A DNA stretch of 64,000 bases. It comes from Heptranchias perlo (taxonomy: Eukaryota). Location: contig NC_090352.1 of assembly GCF_035084215.1 (NCBI RefSeq), positions 38,440,001-38,504,000 on the forward strand. The letters are read 5' to 3'. The position numbers were made by a program, and so were the translations under genes. This document shows, piece by piece, positions 12,901 to 22,640 of this stretch. The notes beneath the pieces were generated by a model. It searched no databases. It saw only the letters and a list, made by a program, of their open reading frames with translations, and was not told where the DNA came from. Position 1 is the first letter of the stretch, and the number at the start of each line of letters is the position of its first letter.

Positions 12901-14908
12901 GCAGGGGGGGGGGGATATGGAGGTCAGCAGGGGGGGGGGGGGATATGGAGGTCAGCAGGGGGGGGGGGGATATGGAGGTCAGCGGGGGGGGGGATATGGA
13001 GGTCAGCGGGGGGGGGGGATATGGAGGTCAGCGGGGGGGGGGATATGGAGGTCAGCGGGGGGGGGGGGATATGGAGGTCAGCGGGGGGGGGGGGGGGAGG
13101 ATATGGAGGTCAGTGGGGGGGGAGGATATGGAGGTCAGCGGGGGGGGGAGGATATGGAGGTCAGCGAGGGGGGAGGATATGGAGGTCAGCGGGGGGGGAG
13201 GATATGGAGGTCAGCGGGGGGGGAGGATATGGAGGTCAGCGGGGGGGGGGGGGAGGATATGGAGGTCAGCGGGGGGGAGGATATGGAGGTCAGCGGGGGG
13301 GAGGATATGGAGGTCAGCGGGGGGGAGGATATGGAGGTCAGCGGGGGGGAGGATATGGAGGTCAGCGGGGGGAGGATATGGAGGTCAGCGGGGGGAGGAT
13401 ATGGAGGTCAGCGGGGGGGAGGATATGGAGGTCAGCGGGGGGGAGGATATGGAGGTCAGCGGGGGGGAGGATATGGAGGTCAGCGGGGGGGAGGATATGG
13501 AGGTCAGCGGGGGGGAGGATATGGAGGTCAGCGGGGGGGGGTGGGGGGGGGAGGATATGGAGGTCAGCGGGGGGGGAGGATATGGAGGTCAGCGGGGGGG
13601 GGGGGGGGGGAGGATATGGAGGTCAGTGGGGGGGGAGGATATGGAGGTCAGCGGGGGGGGAGGATATGGAGGTCAGCGGGGGGGGAGGATATGGAGGTCA
13701 GCGGGAGGGGAGGATATGGAGGTCAGCGGGGGGGGGGAGGATATGGAGGTCAGCGGGGGGGGGGGAGGATATGGAGGTCGGCGGGGGGGAGGATATGGAG
13801 GTCGGCGGGGGGGAGGATATGGAGGTCAGCGGGGGGGAGGATATGGAGGTCGGCGGGGGGGAGGATATGGAGGTCGGCGGGGGGGAGGATATGGAGGTCG
13901 GCGGGGGGGAGGATATGGAGGTCGGCGGGGGGGGAGGATATGGAGGTCGGCGGGGGGGAGGATATGGAGGTCAGCGGGGGGAGGATATGGAGGTCAGCGG
14001 GGGGGGAGGATATGGAGGTCAGCGGGGGGGAGGATATGGAGGTCAGCGGGGGGGAGGATATGGAGGTCAGCGGGGGGGAGGATATGGAGGTCAGCGGGGG
14101 GGAGGATATGGAGGTCAGCGGGGGGGAGGATATGGAGGTCAGCGGGGGGGAGGATATGGAGGTCAGCGGGGGGGAGGATATGGAGGTCAGCGGGGGGGAG
14201 GATATGGAGGTCAGCGGGGGGGAGGATATGGAGGTCAGCGGGGGGGGGGGGGGAGGATATGGAGGTCAGCGGGGGGGGAGGATATGGAGGTCAGCGGGGG
14301 GGAGGATATGGAGGTCACCGGGGGGGGAATATGGAGGTCAGCGGGGGGGGGGGGAATATGGAGGTCAGCGGGGGGGGGGGGAATATGGAGGTCAGCGGGG
14401 GGGGGGAATATGGAGGTCAGCGGGGGGGGGGGGATATGGAGGTCAGCAGGGGGGGATATGGAGGTCAGCAGGGGGGGGGGATATGGAGGTCTGCGGGGGG
14501 GGGGGGGGGGGGGATATGGAGGTCAGCGGGGGGGGGGGATATGGAGGTCAGCGGGGGGGGGGGATATGGAGGTCAGCAGGGGGGGGGGAGGATATGGAGG
14601 TCAGCAGGGGGGGGGGAGGATATGGAGGTCAGCGGGGGGGGGGGGGGAGGATATGGAGGTCAGCGGGGGGGGGGGGGGGAGGATATGGAGGTCAGTGGAG
14701 GGAGCGGCGATTGCAGGGGGGCGGGATGGGGGAGCGGTGATTTGCGGATTCCCAGTTCTATTCCCGGAGGCCGCCATTTACCCGGTTCCCCGGACCCTGT
14801 TTTATTCGCTGCCGCTGCTGATTCCGCTCTTCTCGAGCTAACTGTAAATGAGAGGCCCAGGCCTGGGCCCTCGCCTCTTACCCGGGCTGCGCTCCGCTCA
14901 TTGCCCAT
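851..14908 (-). CDS. RSKR: Ribosomal protein S6 kinase-related protein (RSKR/SGK494), spliced gene, 3'-partial. Exons: 14882-14908, 12401-12625, 9513-9596, 8294-8362, 7505-7574, 4746-4853, 4132-4172, 3403-3430, 2837-2926, 851-939
   Basis: Ten GT-AG bounded exons join in phase to give [17 protein letters not shown]...[16 protein letters not shown]...IAKGSFG...YAVK...HPFVQSL...FAAEL...HRDVK-MENVLL...LKLTDFGLS...[12 protein letters not shown]...DWWSLG. This is collinear with my recollection of human RSKR, including its distinctive EWPxPxFIxLFxPxFP N-terminal motif. Confidence 0.93.
1060..2700. repeat. Minisatellite with ~21-25 bp unit CGTCACAAAATACAGC(C)n
   Basis: Direct tandem copies in RSKR intron 9; source of the 584-aa pseudo-ORF. 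Confidence 0.97.
2837..2926 (-). CDS. RSKR: RSKR exon 9 (DFG, activation loop)
   Basis: (G)[29 protein letters not shown]; ag acceptor and gtaag donor. Confidence 0.93.
3403..3430 (-). CDS. RSKR: RSKR exon 8 (28-nt micro-exon)
   Basis: ttttcag|ATG GAG AAC GTT CTT CTG AAT GAA CGA G|gtgag = MENVLLNER. Confidence 0.9.
3715..4108. repeat. Minisatellite with ~38-40 bp unit CCCCGCATGTAGTGACCCCATCGTTGGCCTCACCCCCCA
   Basis: About 10 tandem copies. Confidence 0.95.
4132..4172 (-). CDS. RSKR: RSKR exon 7 (HRD catalytic loop)
   Basis: (G)[13 protein letters not shown]; cag acceptor and gtagg donor. Confidence 0.92.
4230..4690 (-). mobile_element. tRNA-headed SINE (shark HE1-like) copy
   Basis: Same body (GTGGGATCTTGCTGTGCGCAAATTGGCTGC; GGCCCCGTCTGCCC) as other dispersed copies in the window. 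Confidence 0.7.
4746..4853 (-). CDS. RSKR: RSKR exon 6
   Basis: (M)[35 protein letters not shown]; cag acceptor and gtgag donor. Confidence 0.9.
6425..7150 (-). mobile_element. CR1 LINE 3' fragments
   Basis: [24 protein letters not shown] and WNSLPQ C-terminal ORF2 motifs plus 3' tail. Confidence 0.8.
7505..7574 (-). CDS. RSKR: RSKR exon 5
   Basis: [23 protein letters not shown]; cag acceptor and gtgagt donor. Confidence 0.9.
8294..8362 (-). CDS. RSKR: RSKR exon 4 (alphaB/alphaC helix)
   Basis: [23 protein letters not shown]; 69 nt, phase 0-0, cag acceptor and gtaatt donor. Confidence 0.88.
8850..9500 (-). mobile_element. CR1 LINE 3' fragment
   Basis: [20 protein letters not shown]...[10 protein letters not shown]. 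Confidence 0.85.
9513..9596 (-). CDS. RSKR: RSKR exon 3 (Gly-rich loop, beta3 lysine)
   Basis: [28 protein letters not shown]; tag acceptor and gtaagt donor. Confidence 0.92.
10640..11785 (-). mobile_element. CR1 LINE RT fragment (5'-truncated, frameshifted)
   Basis: [21 protein letters not shown]...KFADDTK; [20 protein letters not shown]. Confidence 0.92.
12401..12625 (-). CDS. RSKR: RSKR exon 2
   Basis: [18 protein letters not shown]...[27 protein letters not shown]; pyrimidine tract plus tag acceptor, gtacc donor. Confidence 0.88.
12800..14700. repeat. G-rich minisatellite with ~20-25 bp unit GGATATGGAGGTCAGC(G)n
   Basis: Tandem array filling RSKR intron 1; explains three overlapping 600-900 aa pseudo-ORFs. 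Confidence 0.97.
14882..14908 (-). CDS. RSKR: RSKR exon 1, coding part (MGNERSAAR, myristoylation-like MGxxxS)
   Basis: ATG in a CpG-rich stretch followed by a CGG|gtaag donor; phase 0 matches exon 2. Confidence 0.7.
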
Positions 14909-15184
14909 AGCCGGGACTCCTCAGGCCGCGCTCCCGACCCGGCCTTTCTCACATCTGCCGCCGACTAACACCCGCGGCACTCTGGGATACTGGAGGACCG
15001 CCCCCCCCCCCCCCCCCCCCGTGGCACTCTGGGATACTGGAGGACCGCCCCCCCCCCCCGTGGCACTCTGGGATACTGGAGGACCGCCCCCCCCCGTGGC
15101 ACTCTGGGATACTGGAGGACCGGCTGGGGGGTGAAGGAGGAGCTGCACCGGCCTCTGGCCAGTGCTGAGTGTCGGTGTGTGGGG

Positions 15185-16075
15185 GGGGGGGCCGTGTTAT
15201 TGGCCCAGGGGTGGGGGGGGTGGTGAGGGGCCGTGTTATTGGCCCGGGGGGGGGGGGTGGAGAGGGGCCGTGTTATTGGCCCGGGGGGGGGGGGGGGGTG
15301 TGTGGAGAGGGGCCGTGTTATTGGCCCGGGGGGGGGGGGGGGGTGGAGAGGGGCCGTGTTATTGGCCCGGGGGGGGGGGGGGGGGGTGTGTGGAGAGGGG
15401 CCGTGTTATTGGCCCAGGGGTGGGGGGGTGGTGAGGGGCCGTGTTATTGGCCCGGGGGGGGGGGTGTGGAGAGGGGCCGTGTTATTGGCCCGGGGGGGGT
15501 GTGGAGAGGGGCCGTGTTATTGGCCCGGGGGGGGGGGGGGGTGTGGAGAGGGGCCGTGTTATTGGCCCAGGGGTGGGGGGGTGGTGAGGGGCCGTGTTAT
15601 TGGCCCGGGGGGGGGGGGGGGGGGTGGAGAGGGGCCGTGTTATTGGCCCAGGGGTGGGGGGGTGGTGAGGGGCCGTGTTATTGGCCCAGGGGTGGGGGGG
15701 TGGTGAGGGGCCGTGTTATTGGCCCAGAGGTGGGGGGGTGGTGAGGGGCCGTGTTATTGGCCCAGGGGTGGGGGGGTGGTGAGGGGCCGTGTTATTGGCC
15801 CAGGGGTGGGGGGGGTGGTGAGGGGCCGTGTTATTGGCCCAGGGGTGGGGGGGGTGGTGAGGGGCCGTGTTATTGGCCCAGAGGTGGGGGGGTGGTGAGG
15901 GGCCGTGTTATTGGCCCAGGGGTGGGGGGGGTGGTGAGGGGCCGTGTTATTGGCCCAGGGGTGGGGGGGTGGTGAGGGGCCGTGTTATTGGCCCCTGGGG
16001 GGGGGGGGTGTGTGTGTGGAGAGGGGCCGTGTTATTGGCCCAGGGGTGGTGAGGGGCCGTGTTATTGGCCCGGGG
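15185..16075. repeat. G-rich minisatellite with ~36 bp unit GAGGGGCCGTGTTATTGGCCC(A)GGGG...
   Basis: Tandem copies upstream of RSKR exon 1. Confidence 0.96.
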
Positions 16076-16599
16076 GGGTAACCCCCAGACCCCGGGCTGG
16101 GTTTGGGGTCGTTTCAGTCGCCTGGCACCATCCTGGGCCTTGGGGGGAGGCGGGAGGATCACCCGCTGAATGATGAACCGGCAGAGGTGGACTCGGGGCA
16201 CCCCACGGAGCCACACAGAGAAGAAATAGATACCAAGCGAAAGAGGGAGATATTGGGACAGGTGACCAAGCGCTTGGTCAAAGAGATCAGGTTTTAAGGA
16301 GCGTCTTAAGAACATAAGAAAAAGGAGCAGGAGTCGGCCATTCGGCCCCTCGAGCCTGCTCCACCATTCAATCAGATCATGGCTGATCTTCAACCTCAAC
16401 TCCACTTTCCCGCCCGATCTCCATATCCCTTGATTTCCTTAGAGTCCAAAAATTTAAATACAGGATGAAATGGGAGTGTTTGTGAAGGGAGATAGGGGAG
16501 AAAGACATGAGTTCAGGGCACCTGTGGGTGAGTTGGGGGGGAGCAAAGTTTGACTTTGTGGGTAAGGGGAAGGGTGGGGAAAGCAGCTGAACAGATGGT

Positions 16600-17490
16600 C
16601 TCTATCTAAGTGATAAAGTAGCCCATGAGCTCCTCGCCCTTGCTGGAGGTGAAGATGGGAGGAGACAGGGGAGAGGGGTGTAAGGAGATACTTGGTAGCG
16701 GAGAAAAGAAGCCTGGGATTATCTTTGATGTCCAGGATGATCCTGAAGTAGTGACTGGTTTTGGGAGAGGTGAGTGAGGTGTGCTAACCTCACTGTGCTC
16801 CACCCAGATCAGATGATAGCTGGCTAAACCTAGTTCTGTGCCAAATATGCTCAAGTCTGCACCCCTTGGATTTAAGGGATAAAAAATGGGGGCCATATCA
16901 GGGAGAGAGTAAAGGTTTTGCTGGTGACAAGGGCATCAAAGAGGGAAGATGAGGGAATGGTTGAGCAGATCGATAGCTGCAGAAGTATCGTGATGAATGG
17001 AGGGCTGAAGGTTAGACCGTTGGGAGTTTGAAAGTGTCTTTGTAAGTGAATTGTGGAAGTTTTTTTTTGCAGTGGCGGATGCAGAAGATTGGGACTGGGG
17101 CGGGGGAGGGGGGAGGAGATTGTGAGTGGTGAGGGGATACGAGAGAGTGTTCGGAGATGGCCTTGTCTCTGATTGAGACGTTGGGAGTAGGGAGGCCACG
17201 TGAGATAGCAAGGTGGAGGGGGTGGCCGTGAATACGGGTAGGAGAGTTTATGTGGAGGGAGAGGTTAAGGGAAGGACAGTGAATTCAGAGGGGAGTGGGC
17301 AAGGGGATCTGAGACGAAGATTGAAATCACCAAGGATGAGGAGTGCAGAGGCTGAGGGAGGAAAGGGAGTGAGGATATCTCAAGGAGAAACTCAGAGTGG
17401 GACTTGTTGGGCAGCAGGCAGCAAGGATTTTAAAGGAGAGGGGAGGAACAGAGTGAGGTGTTTGAAAGAGGAAAGGGAGTAAACAGACAG
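16600..17490 (-). mobile_element. Degenerate L2-type LINE, endonuclease region
   Basis: The minus strand reads LLILGDFNL at ~17315-17345 (APE-endonuclease motif) in otherwise decayed sequence. Confidence 0.5.
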
Positions 17491-17509
17491 AAGCTAAAGC
17501 AATTTCTCA

Positions 17510-18880
17510 GAGAAGTGGAAAGTGGTGTCCCACAGGGGTTCAGCCCTGGGACCGTTTCTGTTCATTGTGTAGATCAATTATTTGGATGTAGGGCTGGAGA
17601 GAGCGGTGTCCAAATTTGTAGACAGGAGAAATAGTGAATCTGAGGGGTAAAGGAAGCTTCAAGGGGGGATATCGATCAAATGGCTGGGTGATGGGGAAGA
17701 GCGGAGGGATTTGGAGGGGTTCAGGTTCACAAGACAGTAAAAGCGGCACCTCAAGGCCATAAAAAAGCGAATGGAATCCTGTGCTTTAGAGGTGTCGGAT
17801 ATAAAGGAGATGTGATGGTGGATCTCTGCAAACCTCAGTATGACCGTAGTTGGAGTTCTGCGTGCAGTTTAGGTCCCACACTATAGGAAGGATGTGGAGA
17901 GGGTACAGCACAGATTCAATGGGACACTGTCCCGCTCTGAGGAAATACAAATGTAAAGAAAGACTTGAAAAATTGGGATGTTTTAATTAGAGCAAAGATT
18001 AAAGGAGGATTTTATAAAAGTGTCGAAAATTATGAAGGGATGAGGCAAAAGATGGAAACAGATTGTTTCCACCGATGGAGGGGACATAGATATAAGATTA
18101 AATGGAAGAGTTAGGACAGCAAGTGGGAGAATCTTTTTACACAGAAAGAGCTACGAGGGTTGTGGAATGCACAATCGGAGTTAATGATTGAAGCAAAGAC
18201 CATGTCCACATTTAAGAATAGGTTTAATAGCTGGTTGTAGGAAAGTGGGATAAAGGGATATGGGATTAGGATTACTGCTCGTGTGGAGGATAAACCACCA
18301 ACACGGACTGGGTGGGTCGAATGGCCACTTTCCTTGTAATTCTATCTAAAGGGGGAGAAGGTGCCAGAGAGGTGGGGTAATGGACAGAGGGCTCCCTGAA
18401 CGAAGGTTCACTCGATTAATTCCTGGGATGAGAGGGTTGTCCTATGAGGAGAGATTGAGTAGAATGGGCCTGTAGTCTCTGGAGTTCAGAAGAATGAGAG
18501 GTGATCTCATTGAAACCTATAAGATTCTGAGAGGGTTTGACAGGGTAGAGGCTGAGAGGCTGTTTCCCCTGGCTGGAGAGTCTAGAACCAGGGGGCATAG
18601 TCGCAGGATAAGGGGTCGGACATTTAAGACTGAGATGAGGAGAAATTTCTTCATTCAGAGGGTTGTGAATCTTTGGAATTCTCTACCCCAGAGATGCTTA
18701 GTCGTTGAGTATATTCAAGACTGAGATCGATAGATTTTTGGACTTTAGGGGAATCAAGGGATATGGGGATCGGGCGGGAAAGTGGAGTTGAGGTGGAAGA
18801 TCATCCATGATCTGATTGAATGGCAGAGCAGGATCGAGGGGCCGAATGGCCTACTCCTGCTCCTATTTCTTATGCTCTTA
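17510..18880 (+). mobile_element. Old CR1 fragment plus a younger CR1 3' fragment
   Basis: Decayed GVPQGS-like sequence; [18 protein letters not shown]...WNSLPQ. Confidence 0.75.
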
Positions 18881-18884
18881 TAAT

Positions 18885-19790
18885 CCGTTTTTAGTGATCT
18901 TGGTTAAGGGAGAAATATTGGCTGGGACATTGGAGAGAACTCCCCTGCTCTTCTTCCAATAGTGGCCATGGGATCTTTTACGTCCACCTGAGAGGGCGGA
19001 TGAGGCCTCGGTTTAACGTCTTTTCCGAAAGACGGCACCTCTGACACTGCAGCGCTCCCTCAGTACCGACCCTCCGACACTGCAGCGCTCCCTCAGTACT
19101 GACCCTCCGACACTGCAGCGCTCCCTCAGTACCGACCCTCCGACAGTGCAGCGCTCCCTCAGTACCGACCCTCCGACACTGCAGCGCTCCCTCAGTACTG
19201 ACCCTCCGACAGTGCGGCGCTCCCTCAGTACTGACCCTCCGACAGTGCAGCGCTCCCTCAGTACTGACCCTCTGACACTGCAGCGCTCCCTCAGCACTGA
19301 CCCTCCGACACTGCAGCGCTCCCTCAGTACTGACCCTCCGACGGTGCGGCGCTCCCTCAGTACTGACCCTCCGACAGTGCAGCGCTCCCTCAGTACTGAC
19401 CCTCCGACAGTGCAGCGCTCCCTCAGTACTGACCCTCCGACAGTGCAGCACTCCCTCAGTACCGACCCTCCGACACTGCAGCGCTCCCTCAGTACCGACC
19501 CTCCGACGGTGCAGCGCTCCCTCAGTACCGACCCTCCGACGGTGCAGCGCTCCCTCAGTACTGACCCTCCGACGGTGCGGCGCTCCCTCAGTACTGACCC
19601 TCCGACGGTGCAGCGCTCCCTCAGTACCGACCCTCCGACGGTGCAGCGCTCCCTCAGTACCGACCCTCCGACGGTGCAGCGCTCCCTCAGTACCGACCCT
19701 CCGACGGTGCAGCGCTCCCTCAGTACTGACCCTCCGACGGTGCGGCGCTCCCTCAGTACTGGCACTGGGAGTGTCAGTCTGGATTATATG
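18885..19790 (-). mobile_element. SINE with an internal 31-bp tandem amplification (19040-19760)
   Basis: SINE body flanks about 23 copies of CTCCGACAGTGCAGCGCTCCCTCAGTACTGAC. Confidence 0.85.
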
Positions 19791-20359
19791 AAATGAAAAA
19801 TAGCACGACTGGGTGGCAGGAAGGGGATGAGACATGAGAGAAGGAGTCAAGAGAAAAAAGGGAGATAGAGTAATGGGCCCGGGTCCAATAAATGATTGAT
19901 AATCAGACTGAACTGATTCTGTGCTCTTTATTGATGAATTCCCTTTGATCAGGTAAATGCGCTTCCAGCATTATCTTAAATTTCTACATTGAAATCTCCA
20001 CCAATCCTTGCCTTGTCTGCTTCCTCCAAACCTTTTTACTTGCTGATTGTCGCCATTTTCACCTGGTCACGTAGCTCGGTGTCTCCAACCAATCCCGAGT
20101 CTGATACGGAGTCCCGTCCTCCGAGTGTTTCCGGCGGAGGGCGTGTGTTATTTACGATTGGATATTCGATCAAATCCTCAAAATCAATGAGGTCAACTAT
20201 TCGTTGATTTATTACACACACAATCCATGCACTGGCACTTATACACTGAAAAGATAGAATTTACAACACACCTGATGGTTATAATCATAGAATGATACAG
20301 TACAGAAGGAGGCCGTTCAGCCCATCGTGCCTATGCCAGCTCTTCGAAAGAGCTTTCCA

Positions 20360-21680
20360 AGAGTCCCACTGCCCCACTCTCTCCCCATAGCCCTGTATCA
20401 ATCCCCAAACTAATCCCACTGCCCCGCTCTCTCCCCATAGCCCTGTATCAATCTCCAGACTAATCCCACTGCCCCGCTCTCTCCCCATAGCCCTGTATCA
20501 ATCCCCAAACTAATCCCACTGCCCCGCTCTCTCCCCATAGCCCTGTATCAATCCCCAGACTAATCCCACTGCCCCGCTCTCTCCCCATAGCCCTGTATCA
20601 ATCCCCAAACTAATCCCACTGCCCCGCTCTCTCCCCATAGCCCTGTATCAATCCCCAAACTAATCCCACTGCCCCGCTCTCTCCCCATAGCCCTGTATCA
20701 ATCCCCAAACTAATCCCACTGCCCCGCTCTCTCCCCATAGCCCTGTATCAATCCCAAACTAATCCCACTGCCCCGCTCTCTCCCCATAGCCCTGTATCAA
20801 TCCCAAACTAATCCCACTGCCCCACTCTCTCCCCATAGTCCTGTATCAATCCCAAACTAATTCCCACTGCCCCACTCTCTCCCATAGCCCTGTATCAATC
20901 CCCAAACTAATCCCACTGCCCCACTCTCTCCCCATAGTCCTGTATCAATCCCAAACTAATCCCACTGCCCCACTCTCTCCCCATAGCCCTGTATCAATCC
21001 CAAACTAATCCCACTGCCCCACTCTCTCCCCATAGTCCTGTATCAATCCCAAACTAATCCCACTGCCCCACTCTCTCCCCATAGCACTGTATCAATCCCA
21101 AACTAATCCCACTGCCCCACTCTCTCCCCATACCACTGTATCAATCCCAAACTAATCCCACTGCCCCATTCTCTCCCCATAGCCCTGTATCAATCCCAAA
21201 CTAATCCCACTGCCCCGCTCTCTCCCCATAGCACTGTATCAATCCCAAACTAATCCCACTGCCCCACTCTCTCCCCATAGCCCTGTATCAATCCCAAACT
21301 AATCCCACTGCCCCACTCTCTCCCCATAGCCCTGTATCAATCCCAAACTAATCCCACTGCCCCACTCTCCCCCCATAGCACTGTATCAATCCCAAACTAA
21401 TCCCACTGCCCCACTCTCTCCCCATAGCCCTGTATCAATCCCAAACTAATCCCACTGCCCCACTCTCCCCCCATAGCACTGTATCAATCCCAAACTAATC
21501 CCACTGCCCCACTCTCTCCCCATAGCACTGTATCAATCCCAAACTAATCCCACTGCCCCACTCTCTCCCCATAGCCCTGTATCAATCCCAAACTAATCCC
21601 ACTGCCCCGCTCTCCCCGTAGTCCTGTATCAATCCCAAACTAATCCCAGTGTCCCACTCTCTCCCTGTAGTCCTGTATCT
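20360..21680. repeat. 40-42 bp minisatellite inside a minus-strand CR1 3' end
   Basis: Unit TAATCCCACTGCCCCACTCTCTCCCCATAGCCCTGTATCAATCCCAAAC; CR1 tail sequence on both sides. Confidence 0.93.
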
Positions 21681-22159
21681 TTCTCTACTTCAAATATTTA
21701 TTCAATTTTCCCTTAAAAGATGCAACGTTTTCTGCCTCATCCACTCCCCACGGTAAAACTCTGTAAAGAAATTTCTCCCACTCGTAGTGACAATTTTAAA
21801 TTGATGGCCCCTCATTGAACCATACAAAGTTACGGCACAGAAGGTGGCCATTCGGCCCATCATTATTTCCTCTAGTTTGAGGAGTCAGTAAGTAGTCTTT
21901 CCCCATTCACTCTATCAAAAGCCTTCATAATTTTCAAAAAAACTCTATTAAATCTCCTCTCAGCGTTTTCTGTTCCAGTAGAGATGGTCCCAGTGTATCA
22001 ACTCTCTGCTCACAACTAGAGTTTCTCATCCTGGTGAATCTACACTGTACGCTCTCTATGGCTTTAATGTCCCTTCTGTAATGGAGTGTCCAAAATTGCA
22101 CTCAGTACTCTAACTGTGGCGTAACTAATGTTTTTGGACAAATTTTGTTTAGAAAAATG

Positions 22160-22579
22160 TTGCTGAATCATTAAAGATTAAAGATTAATCATTTGACGGG
22201 AAACCCTGTGTTTATCCAAGAGCGCAAAAAACATTTCCCCAAAATGGTTCCCCCCCCAGATTGTACAAACTCTTTCCGGAGTTTTTCCAAAGTCTTGGCT
22301 TAGGGGAGTCCGCAAGAGGAAGAAAAAAATTAATTTCCTGACGTATTTACATTTGAAAAATGATAAAAGAATAACGTTTAATTCTCCCTTCATTTCTGAC
22401 CAAGTTTAAAAGAGTTTTTTTCTTTTATTAAAAAAGAGAAAATCGATGCGGTTCTTCGTTTGGTTAAACATTACTGAAAATCAACAGAATAGTTTAAACA
22501 AACTGTCCGACAAAACAAACACGAGGTGGTTAAATCCCCAAATCCTATTCCAGAGTCCAGCACAACCCTGTCTTCAGCT
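22160..22579 (+). promoter_or_regulatory. Putative VTN proximal promoter with liver-type factor motifs
   Basis: HNF1-like GATTAATCATTTGA (~22183) and GGTTAAACATTAC (22462-22474), ONECUT-like AAATCGAT (~22440) and forkhead-like AAACAAACA just upstream of the ATG. Motif matches only. Confidence 0.45.
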
Positions 22580-22640
22580 ATGAGGCCGCTGATCATCCTT
22601 CTCGTCTGCTCCTTCCTCAGTTCTGTGGCCGCCGACCGAG
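22580..22640 (+). CDS. VTN: VTN exon 1 (signal peptide)
   Basis: [20 protein letters not shown], then G|gtaac. Confidence 0.92.

Noticed and set aside
12483-15134. 883, 634 and 658-aa Gly-rich ORFs
   Set aside because: All three frames are open because the G-rich repeat unit lacks stops; the region is intronic and antisense to RSKR.
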